A stretch of DNA of 64,000 bases from Mobula hypostoma (GCF_963921235.1 NC_086097.1:118174001-118238000); one strand, 5' to 3'; positions 50,138-62,770 are shown, numbered from the stretch's first letter. Translations and numbers: made by a program. Notes: generated by a model not told the origin, from the letters alone.

Positions 50138-52921
50138 GTGTACCTCAATGCAAGAAGCATCAGGAACAAAGGTGATGAACTGAGAGCTTGGATACATACA
50201 TGGAATTATGATGTAGTGGCCATTACAGAGACTTGGCTGGCACCAGGGCAGGAATGGATTCTCAATATTCCTGGATTTCAGTGCTTTAAAAGAGATAGAG
50301 AGGGCAGAAAAAGGGGAGGAGGGGTGGCATTACTGGTCAGGGATACTATTACAGCTACAGAAAGGGTGGGTAATGTAGCAGGATCCTCTTTTGAGTCAAT
50401 ATGGGTGGAAGTCAGGAACAGGAAGGGAGCAGTTACTCTATTGGGGGAATTCTATAGGCCCCCTGGTAGCAGCAGAGATACAGAGGAGCAGATTGGGAGG
50501 CAGATTTTGGAGAGGTGCAAAAATAACAGGGTTGTTATCATGGGTGACTTTAACTTCCCTAATATTGATTGGCACCTGATTAGTTCCAAGGGTTTAGATG
50601 GGGCAGAGTTTATTAAGTGTGTCCAGGATGGATTCCTGTCACAGTATGTGGACAGGCTGACCAGGGGGAATGCCATACTAGATCTAGTACTAGGTAATGA
50701 ACCGGGTCAAGTCACAGATCTCTCAGTGGGTGAGCATCTGGGGGGCAGTGACCACCACTCCCTGGCCTTTATAATTATCATGCAGAACGATAGAATCAAA
50801 GAGGACAGGAAAATTTTTAATTGGGGAAAGGCAAATTATGAGGCTATAAGGCTAGAACTTGCGGGTGTGAATTGGGATGATGTTTTTGTAGGGAAATGTA
50901 CTATGGACATGTGGTCGATGTTTAGAGATCTCTTGCGGGATGTAAGGGATAATTTTGTTCCGGTGAGGAAGATAAAGAATGGTAGGGTGAAGGAATCATG
51001 GGTGACAAGTGAGGTGGAAAATCTAGTCAGGTGGAAGAAGGCAACATACATGAGGTTTAGGAAGCAAGGATCAGATGGGTCTATTGAGGAATATAGGGAA
51101 GCAAGAAAGGAGCTTAAGAAGGGGCTGAGAAGAGCAAGAAAGGGGCATGAGAAGGCCTTGGTGAATAGGGTAAGGGAAAACCCCAAGGCATTCTTCAATT
51201 ATGTGAAGAAAAAAAGGATGACAGGAGTGACGGTAGGACCGATTAGAGATGAAGGTGGGAAGATGTGCCTGGAGACTGTGGAAGTGAGCGAGGTCCTCAA
51301 TGAATACTTCTCTTCAGTATTCACCAATGAGAGGGAACCTGATGATGGCGAGGACAATATGAGTGAGGTTGATGTTCTGGAGCATGTTGATATTAAGGGA
51401 GGGGAGGTGTTGGAGATGTTAAAATACATTAGGACAGATAAGTCCCCGGGGCCTGACGGAATATTCCCCGGGCTGCTCCACGAGTCGAGAGAAGAGATTG
51501 CTGAGCCTCTGGCTAGGATCTTTATGTCCTCGTTGTCCACGGGAATGGTACCGGAGGATTGGAGGGAGGCGAATGTCGTTCCCTTGTTCAAAAAAGGTAG
51601 TAGGGATAGTCCGGGTAATTATAGACCAGTGAGCCTTATGTCTGTGGTGGGAAAGCTGTTGGAAAAGATTCTTAGAGATAGGATCTATAGGCATTTAGAG
51701 AATCATGGTCTGATCAGGGACAGTCAGCATGGCTTTGTGAAGGGCAGATCGTGTCTAACAAGCCTGATAGAGTTCCTCGAGGAGGTGACCAGGCATATAG
51801 ATGAGGGTAGTGCAGTGGATGTGATCTATATGGATTTTAGTAAGGCATTTGACAAGGTTCCACACGGTAGGCTTATTCAGAAAGTTAGAAGGCATGGGAT
51901 CCAAGGGAGTTTGGCCAGGTGGATTCAGAATTGGTTTGCCTGCAGAAGGCAGAGGGTGGTGGTGGAGGGAGTACATTCAGATTGGAGGATTGTGACTAGT
52001 GGTGTCCCCCAAGGATCTGTTCTGGGACCTCTACTTTTCGTGATTTTTATTAACGACCTGGATGTGGGGGTAGAAGGGTGGGTTGGCAAGTTTGCAGAGG
52101 ACACAAAGGTTGGTGGTGTTGTAGATAGTGTAGAGGATTGTCAAAGATTGCAGAGAGACATTGATAGGATGCAGAAGTGGGCTGAGAAGTGGCAGATGGA
52201 GTTCAACCCGGAGAAGTGTGAGGTGGTACACTTTGGAAGGACAAACTCCAAGGCAGAGTACAAAGTAAATGGCAGGATACTTGGTAGTGTGGAGGAGCAG
52301 AGGGATCTCGGGGTACATGTCCACAGATCCCTGAAAGTTGCCTCACAGGTGGATAGGGTAGCTAAGAAAGCTTATGTGGTGTTAGCTTTCATAAGTCGAG
52401 GGATAAAGTTTAAGAGTCACGATGTAATGATGCAGCTCTATAAAACTCTGGTTAGGCCACACTTGGAGTACTGTGTCCAGTTCTGGTCACCTCACTATAG
52501 GAAGGATGTGGAAGCATTGGAAAGGGTACAGAGGAGATTTACCAGGATGCTGCCTGGTTTAGAAAGCATGCATTATAATCAGAGATTAAGGGAGCTAGGG
52601 CTTTACTCTTTGGAGAGAAGGAGGATGAGAGGAGACATGATAGAGGTGTACAAGATAATAAGAGGAATAGATTGAGTGGATAGCCAGCGCCTCTTCCCCA
52701 GGGCACCACTGCTCAATACAAGAGGACATGGCTTTAAGGTAAGGGGTGGGAAGATCAAGGGGGATATTAGAGGAAGGTTTTTTACTCAGAGAGTGGTTGG
52801 TGTGTGGAATGCACTGCCTGAGTCAGTGGTGGAGGCAGATACCCTAGTGAAGTTTAGGAGACTACTAGACAGGTATATGGAAGAATCTAAGGTGGGGGCT
52901 TATATGGGAGGCAGGGTTTGA
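50138..52921 (+). pseudogene. CR1 ORF2 (APE endonuclease plus RT) with premature stops
   Basis: YLNARSI, ITETW, MGDFN, SDH, NYRPVSL, DFSKAFDKV, GVPQGSVLGP, KFAEDTK (YADD-type motif altered). TGA at 50135-50137 and 52673-52675; frame otherwise continuous. Confidence 0.95.
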
Positions 52922-54350
52922 GGGTCGGCACAACATTGTGGGCCAAAGGGCCTGTACTGTGCTGTACTATTCTATGTTCTATGTTCTATGAAATGTGGCA
53001 AATGTTCAGGGAACGTTTGCATGGCGTTCTGCATAGGTATGTTCCATTGAGATAGGGGAAGGATGGTAAGGTAGAAGAACCATGGTGTACAAAGGATGTG
53101 GAAAATCTAGTTAAGAAGAAAAGGAAAGCTTATGAAAGGTTCTAGAAACTAGGTACTAATAGAGTTCTAGAAAATTACAAGGTTGCCAGGAAGGAGCTGA
53201 GGAGTGAAATTGGGAGAACTAGAAGGGGCCATGGGAAGGCCTTGGCGAGCAGGATTATGGAAAACCCCATGTCATTTTACAGGTATGTGAAGAGCACAAG
53301 GATAAGCCGTGGGAGAATAGGACCAATCAGGTGCAACAATGGAAGCATGTGCATGGACACAGAGGAGGTAGCAGAGGTACTTAATGAATACTTTGCTTCA
53401 GTATTCACCGGGAATAGGGCCTTTGCAATTGTGGGGAAGACTTACAGCAGATTGAAAAGCTTGAGCATATAGATATTAAGAAAGAGGATATGCTGCAGAT
53501 TTGAAAAGCATTAAGTTAGATAAGTCACTGGCACTGGATGAGATATACCTCAGATTACTGTGGAATTGAGAAAGGAGATTGCTGAGACTCTGGTAATGAT
53601 CTTTGCATCATCAATAGGGACTGGAGGATGAGAGGTGACCTGACAGACGTGACAAGGATGAGAGGCATTGATCGTGTGGATAGCCAGAAGCTTCTTTCCA
53701 GGGCTGAAATGGCTAACACGAGGGGGCACAGTTTTAAGGTGCTTAGAAATAGGTACTGAGGGAATATCAAGGGTAAGTTTTTTCACACAGAGAGTGGTGG
53801 ATCCGTGGAATGCACTGCTGACGACGATGGTGGAGGCAGATACAATGGGACCTATCTAAGAGCCTCCTAGGTAGGTACATGGAGCTTAGAAAAATAAAGG
53901 GCTATGCAGTAGGGAAATTTTAAGTTGTTTCTAGAGTAAGTTACATGGGTGGAGCAACGCTGTGAGCTGAAGGGCCCGTAATGTGCTGTAGATTTCTATG
54001 TTCTATGTTCTAGTGAGGGTTAATGGCCAAGAAGGCAGTTCTGCAATGGAACTGTCCCAGTCCAACAGCTTTTCCACTTGAAAACTTCTCCCACACAGGT
54101 TTCACTGTTGTTGTCAGATGCAACAGACGACCAACACCCTGCCATGTTCTTTTGATTGACTGTAAATGAACAAAACCAGCTCAGACAGCTAGTGCATATT
54201 ATGTTTGTTCGTTGTAAAGACAAACTGAATGTGCGTTTAATGCTAGAACATTTTATTCTGAACACTGTTCAACCCCAAGCATTTGTGATCAGCTCACCAA
54301 CGTCATTTCTGGTTTCCTGTCAACTGTCCACATTACCCACTGAAAACTGA

Positions 54351-54515
54351 GGGGGGAGGGAACGTCGAATCAGACCATGAGAGGCCTGTGTGGGGCGCCA
54401 CTCCTCGCACAGAGTAGATCAATGTGTGATTAAGTGCCTTGGCCACAGCTGAGGCTCGAACTAGTGACCCTGAGATAACTAGACGAACGCTTTAACCGCT
54501 TGGCCAGATGCCCAA
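54351..54515 (-). mobile_element. Short tRNA-derived SINE inserted in the Gypsy 3' LTR
   Basis: Minus strand A box TGGCCAAGCGG and B box AGTTCGAGCC; TSD CACTGAAAACTGA (54338-54350) / CACTGGAAACTGA (54516-54528). Confidence 0.8.
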
Positions 54516-55141
54516 CACTGGAAACTGAAGTTGTTTATTATGAACACAAAATAATGCATCTTCCTCCTTTAAAGAAGATAAACACAATAATATGTCCTTT
54601 TAAACCTGCAATGAGCAATAATCCTTTCCAACAAAGATATCTACATTAACTTTTATTGCAATGAGCAAATATAATCCCTTATCATTCATCAACTTTCAGT
54701 CTTTTACTTTCACTCAGTCTCTGAGATGGTTTCTGCTCTGTTATCTTTTTTCCATGGATACTGTATGTTGCTTTCATTTGCTGCGTCACTATTCGTGTCT
54801 TCTTGAGAACTCTGATCATCAAGTTGATTTTTTACATCTGCTGGCCGCTTTGGTGTACTGACATGTGCCATGTGGTGGCTTTGGCTTGGAGCTTGTGGTC
54901 ATAAATCCACATGGTTCCTTCTCAGAGGTGTCCCTTGCTCCATCTGGACCTGGTAAGAAGGTGGAGCTACTTCCTCTTGCACATATCCTTGCATGGACCA
55001 TGTGCCACTCTCGTGGGCTCAGATTCACACTTGATCCACAGGGTTCAGGAAAGGTAGGCTTTTTGCAACCTTGAGGTACTGTTTCTTCTTTCCTTTCCTT
55101 TCCACTTCAACCAGTTTGATCTTGAGTGCTCCTTTCCAACT

Positions 55142-55460
55142 ATGATAAGACTGAGTTACAGTTTGAGGATAAAGGGGAAGCCTTTTAGGACCGAGATTAG
55201 GAAAAACCTCTTCACACAGAGAGTGGTGAATCTGTGGAATTCTCTGCCACAGGAAACACTTGAGGCCAGTTCATTGGCTATATTTAAGAGGGAGTTAGAT
55301 ATGGCCCTTGTGGCTAAAGGGATCAGGGGGTATGGAGGGAAGGCTGGTACAGGGTTCTGAGTTGGATGATCAGGCATTATCATACTGAATGGCGGTGCAG
55401 GTTCGAAGGGCCGAATGGCCTACTCCTGCACCTATTTTCTATGTTTTCTATGTTTCTATG
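55142..55460 (+). mobile_element. CR1 3' end fragment
   Basis: FTQRVVNLWNSLP, 3' UTR, TTTCTATG tail. Confidence 0.85.
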
Positions 55461-56365
55461 TTTTGGTGTCAACAGTTTATCGTGCACTGGAAAGTTAGTG
55501 TGTATGTGTCAACACATCAGCCTCTGGGCTGGTGAAAGGCCATTCTGCAGTGGCAATGATCAGAATTTTTTGGAAATCCTCTCAAGCATCTCGCACTTTT
55601 CATGAGCCCCTTCACTACCTTGACCAAACTCTCTGCTAGGCCATTAGATTTTGTGTGATGTGAGATGGTAGTTGTATGCTGAAGCCCCTAATCAATGGCA
55701 AAGGACTCAAATTCACAGCTCAAAAATTGTGGTCCATCGTCAGATACCACTTCACGAGGAACTCCATATGTTGTAATCACATCTTTCAGCAAGGTAAAGA
55801 CCGCTTTGCTGGATGTTGATTGCAGTGTTGCAAACTCTGGGTGATTGGAAAACTAGTCTGGATCAACAATATGATTCTTCCAATTTCAATCAAACAAATC
55901 CACTCCAAATGTGAAGTACGGTCTGTCTGGTACAGGGTGCAGTTCTGCATGCTGCTTCGGTCTGTAGGTAAGGCTCATTTTATATGAAGCAATGGTCTGA
56001 CTGATGCCTTAGTTCACTCTTAGCCAGTACATCACTTCACGAGCTCTACATATACATTTTTCCTGACTGAGGTGCCCTTTGTGTATTTTCTGGATCATTT
56101 CCACAGCTTTTCCACTTGAAAACTTTAAAATCGAGGGATGAACTTAGCCAGGTAAGTCATCATTTCTAAGAAATATCTCACCCTTTCTTTGTTTTGGACC
56201 CTCTCCATGTTTTCAATGGCTGGCATCTTTCCTGGATCAGGTTTCATTCCCTCTTCCAATATGACTCTCCTATGAAAGTCAGTATCTTAACACCACATTC
56301 ACATAACATACATCAAAGTTGCTGGTGAACGCAGCAGGCCAAGCAGCATCTATAGGAAGAGGCGC

Positions 56366-56401
56366 AGTCGACGTTTCAGGCCGAGACCCTTCGTCAGGAC
56401 T
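56366..56401 (-). ncRNA. Minimal type I hammerhead ribozyme, intact core
   Basis: agtc-CTGACGA-agggtctcggcct-GAAAC-GTC-gact. Confidence 0.8.
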
Positions 56402-57279
56402 AAGTGAAGGAAGAGTGAGTAAGGGATTTGAAAGCTGGAGGGGGAGGGGGAGATGCAAAATGATAGGAGAAGACAGGAGGGGGAGGGATAGAGCCGAGAG
56501 CTGGACAGGTGATAGGCAAAAGGGGATACGAGAGGATCATGGGACAGGAGGCCTAGGGAGAAAGACGGGAGGGGGGGACCCAGAGGATGGGCAAGAGGTA
56601 TATTCAGAGGGACAGAGGGAGAAAAAGGAGAGTGAGAGAAAGAATGTGTGCATAAAAGGAGTAACAGCTGGGGTACGAGGGGGAGGTGGGGCCTAGCGGA
56701 AGTTAGAGAAGTCAATGTTCATGCCATCAGGTTGGAGGCTACCCAGACGGAATATAAGGTGTTGTTCCTCCAACCTGAGTGTGGCTTCATCTTTACAGTA
56801 GAGGAGGCCGTGGATAGACATGTCAGAATGGGAATTCCACATCCCATTCCCATTCTGACATGTCTATCCACGGCCTCCTCTACTGTAAAGATGAAGCCAC
56901 ACTCAGGTTGGAGGAACAACACCTTATATTCTGTCTGGGTAGCCTCCAACCTGATGGCATGAACATTGACTTCTCTAACTTCCACTAGGCCCCACCTCCC
57001 CCTCGTACCCCAGCTGTTACTCCTTTTTATGCACACATTCTTTCTCTCACTCTCCTTTTTCTCCCTCTGTCCCTCTGAATATACCTCTTGCCCATCCTCT
57101 GGGTCCCCCCCCCCGTCTTTCTCCCTAGGCCTCCTGTCCCATGATCCTCTCGTATCCCCTTTTGCCTATCACCTGTCCAGCTCTCGGCTCTATCCCTCCC
57201 CCTCCTGTCTTCTCCTATCATTTTGCATCTCCCCCTCCCCCTCCAGCTTTCAAATCCCTTACTCACTCTTCCTTCAGTT

Positions 57280-57315
57280 AGTCCTGACGAGGGGTCTCGG
57301 CCTGAAACGTCGACT
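57280..57315 (+). ncRNA. Minimal type I hammerhead ribozyme, intact core
   Basis: agtc-CTGACGA-ggggtctcggcct-GAAAC-GTC-gact. Confidence 0.8.
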
Positions 57316-57679
57316 GCGCCTCTTCCTATAGATGCTGCTTGGCCTGCTGCTTTCACCAGCAACTTTGATGTATGTTGCTTGAATTTCCAGCATCTGCAGA
57401 ATTCCTGTTGTTGACCACATTCACATTTCTCTTTATTTGTTTTCAAATTGACATTCCATGTCACATCAAGCACCTGTCTCAGTCTTGTATCATGTTCATC
57501 CTTGGTGAACCCCATTTGATGATGTCATCCATCGTGGTCTCAACACTAGATATGCCCTCAAAGATTGTGTAGATAGTTTTATGGTAGACTTCTGGCGCAG
57601 ACCATATCTCACACAATAGCCAAAGAAAACAATATTTTCCTTGTGTGTTAAAAGTACATGGTGTCGAACTTGCTTCAAC

Positions 57680-58518
57680 AGCTTCCCACTCCCTGGATTA
57701 CAAATATGAAATATTAAAAATGGTAAAAATTAGTAAATATTAAAAATTTAAATTATAAATCATAAATAGAAAATAGAAAAATGGAAAGTAAGGTAGTGCA
57801 AAAAAAAAACCGAGAGGCAGGTCTGGATATTTGGAGGGTACGGCCCAGATCCGGGTCAGGGTCCGTTCAGCAGTCTTATCATAGTTGGAAAGAAGCTGTT
57901 CCCAAATCTGGCCATATGAGTCTTCAAGCTCCTGAGCCTTCTGCTGGAGGGAAGAGGGACGAAAAGTGTGTTGGCTGGGTGGGTCGTGTCCTTGATTATC
58001 CTGGCAGCACTGCTCCAATAGCATCCAGTGTAAAGTGAGTCCAAGGACGGAAGATTGGTTTCTGTGATGTGCTGTGCCATGTTCACGATCTTCTGTAGCT
58101 TCTTTCGGTCTTGGACAGGACAACTTCCATATCATGTTGTGATGCACCCTAGAAGAATGCTTTCTACGGTGCATCTATAAAAATTAGTGAGGGTTTTAGG
58201 GACAGGCCAAATTTCTTTAGTTTTCTCAGGAAGTAAAGGTGCTGGTGGGCCTTCTTGGCAATGAACTCTGCTTGGTTGGAGCAAGTCAGGTCATTTTTGA
58301 TATTGATCACAAGGAACTTAAAGCTTTTGACCTGTTCCACTTGCGCACCCCTGATGTAAATTGGGTTGTGCGGTCCGCTACTCCTTCTGAAGTCAAACCA
58401 ATTCCTTCGTCTTGCTGACGTTGAGGGATAGGTTATTGTCTTCGCACCATACCACCAGGTTCTTAATTTCCTCTCTGTACTAAAAATCGTTATTACCCGA
58501 GATACAGCTTACAATTGT
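57680..58518 (-). mobile_element. Rex1/Babar-type LINE 3' fragment inserted in the Gypsy RT
   Basis: Minus strand LPSLDSLY..RIIKDTTHPANTLFVPLPSSRRLRSLKT..NSFFP; Gypsy RT sequence on both sides. Confidence 0.85.
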
Positions 58519-59833
58519 ATGCTCTCTTATATGCTCTCTCTTGAAGGCTTTATTGAGGTCCCTTGGGTCTTGGCACATCTGCAATGCTTCATTTTTCTTT
58601 TGTCCAATGACAATGAAAGAATCTGTTGGTTCTTCAGTTTTCTGTATGACATTCATCTGTTCCATGCATGCTAGTTCTTGTTTTGAGTTTCTCTCGAAGT
58701 ACAAACGAAACTTGCATACATGCATGGACAACAGGAGCTACTGTCTCATCTTCATGAATTTTGTGTACACCAGGTAAGCGTCTGAGCACCTCAAAGACAT
58801 TTGCGTACTCTTTCGTGAGGGAAGTGTGGTTGTCTTTGGGCAGTGAAGCCATTATGAAAAATCTTTCCAGCAGGTTGAGCGTTTCTCATGTACTCATACC
58901 TAATATTGGCTGCACTCGCTTTTCAACAATCAGTAGCTGTGCCCTTAGTTCTGTCCCTTGTGCTTGAAGGTCACTATACAGCCCCTTTTACTGAAATATT
59001 CTGTGGATTATAGCCTGTCACTTTTAACTTCACTGGGTAAATCTTGCTCTTTACTTTGAGAGACTTGTAATCATCCATGGTTAACAGATTCACCTGGACT
59101 CCAGTTTCAAGCTTGAATGGAATTACTGTCCCATTCACAGTCACTGGAACAACCCATTCTGCTTTACCAACACCAGCAATCAGTACAGAATCCACAAAAA
59201 ACTTCCTCCATTTCCTCAGCAATCATGTGCCCCTTTCTCCTGGTAGCCCTAGCTTTGCAGCACTTTGTAAAATGATTCTTCTTCCCACAATTATTTAAGG
59301 ACTTTCCATAAGCAGGACACATCCTTGGAGTGTGGTTACCTCCATATTTGATGCATTTCATGTTTAAGCCTTCATTTTTGCATTGCTGTTGCCTTGGGAA
59401 ACACCTTGTTCATTGCCCCTCTGTTTTCACAGTACGTACTATTGTTCAGTTCTGTGCAGCTCCTAAGCTTGTGCTCATATGGTCTTTGCTGCCCTACACA
59501 TATCCACAGCCCTTTTCTGTGTCAAATCTTTTTCATGGAGCAGGCTTCCTCTGAGTCCATCATCAGAAATCCTGCAAACTATTCTGCCTAACTAGTGAGT
59601 TTCTCAAATCTCCAAACTTACAGGACTTTACTCAGTGTGTGAAGCTCAGCTAAATATTGGTCAAAGTTAGCACCTTGTTTCTGGTCACAGGAAAATAAAC
59701 TTGTATCTCTCAAAAGTAATGTTTTTACTTGGGAGAAGATACTCATCAAATTTTGTCATTAGAGTGTCCAATGTAAAAGCTGTCTCATCAACTTTAAACT
59801 GTTGTAGATGTCCAAACCACCTTTGCCAATTAT

Positions 59834-60489
59834 AGAACAACATAGAAATCTACAGCATATTACAAGCCCACAATGTTGTGCCGACCATGTTACCTACTCT
59901 AGAAACTGCCCAGAATTACCCTACCGTATAGCCCTCTATTTTCCTAAGCTCCATATACTCTTAAAAGACCCTATTGTATCTGCCTCTACCACTGGCAGTG
60001 CACTCCATGTACCCACCTTATTATAAGTATCCGTTAGACTTGTGAGACCATGGATTCATGCCTTGGAAGGTTTCCAGGGCGCAGGCCTGGGCAAGGTTGT
60101 ATGGAAGACCGACAGTTGCCCAGGCTGCAAGTCTCCCCTCTCCATGCCACCGATGTTGTCGAAGGGAAGGGCCTTAGGACCCATACAGCCTGGCACCAGT
60201 GTCGTCACAAAGCAATGTGTGATTAAGTGCCTTGCTCAAGGACAAAACACGTTGCCTCAGCCAAGGCTCGAACTAGAGACCTTCAGATCAATAGATGAAC
60301 TTTTTAACCACTTGGCCATGTGCCACCACTCTCTGTTTAAAAAGCTTTACCCCTGACTTCCCCTCTGTACCTGATTCCAAGCACCTTAAAACTATGCTTC
60401 CTGGTGTTAGCCATTTCAGTCCTGGGGAAAAAAGCCTCTGACTATCCACCTGATCAATGCCTCTCATCATCTTATACACATCATATTAT
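59834..60489 (-). mobile_element. CR1 3' fragment in the Gypsy gag, containing a tRNA-SINE (about 60018-60324, minus)
   Basis: TSD AATTAT (59828-59833 / 60490-60495); YKMMRGIDQVDSQRLF; the SINE is a reverse complement of 61950-62265. Confidence 0.85.
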
Positions 60490-61949
60490 AATTATGTGCA
60501 GAAAATGGATGCTTTCAATTTTTCATCAGCTAGCCACTAAATATATATTGAATTGCTGTTTGAAGCATTTCCAGTTGTCCATAAGATTGCCGGTAAACTG
60601 TGTAGATGTGGGAGGACTTAGGTTATCTATGATGGGAATTTCAGCCTCTCACTGAATCCTTTGTGAATCCAGTACAACGTGCTCTCTTGCCTTGCTGACT
60701 AGTTTTTTTCTCTCCATCACTAGTGTCTTTTCTTTTGTCATGCATGTTATTAATTTGCTTTCGTGTTTGGACCTCATGCCAATTTCTGACACAATGTTAT
60801 ATTTGTTCTTAATAAAAACAAGCTTAGTGTTGGGTTTAATGCTAGGACCTTTTATTCTGAACACTGTACAACACTGAGCGCGTGCGACCAGCTCACCAAT
60901 GTCACTTCCGGTTCCCGTTCACATCGCCTACTGAGAAATGAAGTTCTTTATTATGTACACACATAATAACACAGTGCAGATAATGGACTCCTTTCATACT
61001 ACGCTTTCAAAGATTGCATCCTTCAGATGTACATTTTCATTGTAACATTCAAGACGATTGTTGATACCTTCGAATTCTTTGTAGTGCCTAACTTGTTGAA
61101 GTAGTGAGATCATTTCATTTTCACTCCTGCTGTTCCTGGCATCTCCAAGCCTGAATGCTTGAAACTGCAGTGAGCAAAACAATTCCAAATTGTCTTAATG
61201 TTTATTTCTCACCAATTATCAGTGACAGAAATCACTGCTTTTTGAACACAAATGCATGCAAATGACGCTATTTAAACACTGTCTGCTCTAAGCATGGTGT
61301 AGCGACTAACAGCCGCACACGTTTATGTGACTGATGCTAGTTAGAAACTGTTCAACAACAGTCTCTTGCCCCAGGCATAGTGTCCCATATAAGTGAATGG
61401 AATCCTGTCTAATTTCTCAATTAGTTTTCATTCTTTAAGAGTTGTCCCAAATAAGTGGCAGACCCAATTAACTGATGTACCAATTAATCAGAATCTATTG
61501 TATTAGGAATTTGCTATGGTGTGTTCGTGACTGCACGACATGCAACAAAGAAAAACAATATTTTACAGCTATAAACAATAAAGAATGGTATAGTAAGTAA
61601 AGTTAGAGGTTTATGGACAGATATGGAAAAAAATGTGTATAAGTACACTACATCAGTACCAGCATGTACTTACAATTTAAACAGCATCATGAGAAGTGGT
61701 TTGAAGTGCCTACAAAACAGTGCCGTGACAGGCTAACTAGAATGGTTGATCAGATTATGCAGCCTCACTGCCCATCTGCTGCGGTATTCTGCTCACGGCT
61801 GGGAGAAAGACTGATTTCTCATTGATGTATAAGCAGTTTCACGATCTAACGTTCAAGGAAACTAAATTATTTTTGTAGAACTTATTTTATATGTTTCCAA
61901 TATCTTAAATGCTTAATAACATTTAAATGTGTTTTAATCATTTTAAAGT

Positions 61950-62265
61950 GGGCACGTGGCCAAGTGGTTAAGGCATTGGACTAGCAATCTGAAAGTTGTG
62001 AGTTCAATCCCCAGCCGAGGCAGCTTGTTATGTCCTTGAGCAAGGTACTTAACCACACAGTGCTCTGCAATGACACCGGTGCCAAGTTGTATGGGTCCTA
62101 ATGCCCTTCCCTTGGACAACATCGGTGGCGTGGAGAAGGGAGACTTGCAGCATGGGCAACTTCCGGTCTTCCATACAACGTTGTCCGGGCCTGCGCGCTG
62201 GAGAGTGAAGACTTTCCAGGTGCAGATCCATGGTCTCGCAAGACTAACGGATGCCTTATTAATAA
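61950..62265 (+). mobile_element. tRNA-derived SINE with a CORE-like segment
   Basis: A box TGGCCAAGTGG, B box GAGTTCAATCC, GTCCTTGAGCAAGGTACTTAACC, TAA-repeat tail, ATTTTAAA on both flanks. Confidence 0.85.
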
Positions 62266-62770
62266 TTTTAAAATAGTAAATTTTCAAGAATAAATTTTAG
62301 TATTGAATTATTGATAAATATGTCTGTTTTTCACTATATTTTCAATACTCTGACAAATCCTCATTGATTTTGTCAGAGTTTCAATCTTAGCCTTGCATCT
62401 TGTTGCAAGATTTTAGGGGGGTCTTGAAGTGGAAGCACAACTGCCCACATTGTGGGAGGTGTATTTTCACAATAGTGGTCTAGGCATGGGATAGTGCAGT
62501 GTTGGAAGGTGGGAATAATACAAAAACCCATCACTCTGATAAAATATTAGGCAAACAAAGGTGTAGCTTGGAGAGTTAAACTGTAAAAATCTACAACATG
62601 CATTTCAAGGCAATGTTTCGGAGTGAAACAGTGGAGTAGTATGTTTAATAACATGTTGATGAAACACTGTCATGGTGTCTGAATAGTATTGTTTACAGGT
62701 AGGATTACTATATCAGATATGATAAGTGTTGAAAGGATCTATGCCACAAAGTAAAGGTAAAAGGTATCTG

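Larger units (their letters stand above)
49159..52989 (+). mobile_element. Young, nearly full-length CR1 LINE
   Basis: ORF1 plus ORF2 plus (TTCTATG)n tail; TSD GAAATG (49153-49158 / 52990-52995). Confidence 0.95.
46074..54011 (+). mobile_element. Older CR1 in pieces (46074-47598, 49081-49158, 52996-54011) hosting Rex1 and younger CR1 insertions
   Basis: ORF1 esterase remnant; ORF2 CVSFNARSI..MGDVNFPNIDW; sequence is continuous across both insertions; TTCTATG tail; possible TSD AGTGAGGG (46066-46073 / 54012-54019). Confidence 0.85.
56305..57413 (+). mobile_element. Fold-back Penelope-like element (531-bp inverted arms, 10-nt spacer)
   Basis: Arms 56305-56835 / 56846-57376, spacer TCCACATCCC, 37-nt 3' extension, 13-bp TSD ACCACATTCACAT (56292-56304, 57414-57426). 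Confidence 0.95.
54197..60971 (-). mobile_element. Old Ty3/Gypsy LTR retrotransposon with several nested insertions
   Basis: Short diverged LTRs 60795-60971 (TGTTAT..ATAACA) and 54197-54558; tRNA-Leu-like PBS TTGTGTCAGAAATTGG; PPT near 54559-54572; gag NWKCFKQQF, knuckle CPAYGK..CGKKNHF, protease KLETGVQVNLL, RT DPRDLNKA and MDDII, integrase SDDGPQF; AGTGCA on both flanks. Confidence 0.85.
45561..61500. mobile_element. TA-flanked TIR DNA transposon derivative (Tc1/mariner-pogo type) expanded to 16 kb by nested insertions
   Basis: TIRs CAATGGACTCTGGTTAATTG (45561-45580) and CAATTAATCAGAATCTATTG (61481-61500), 17/20 complementary, TA on both sides. Own sequence at about 45561-45805, 54140-54196 and 60972-61500. 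Confidence 0.8.

Noticed and set aside
56319..57515. Mirror-image ORFs on both strands (also at 16666-17222 and 17968-18418)
   Set aside because: By-products of the inverted Penelope UTR arms, with low-complexity purine/pyrimidine-biased translations.
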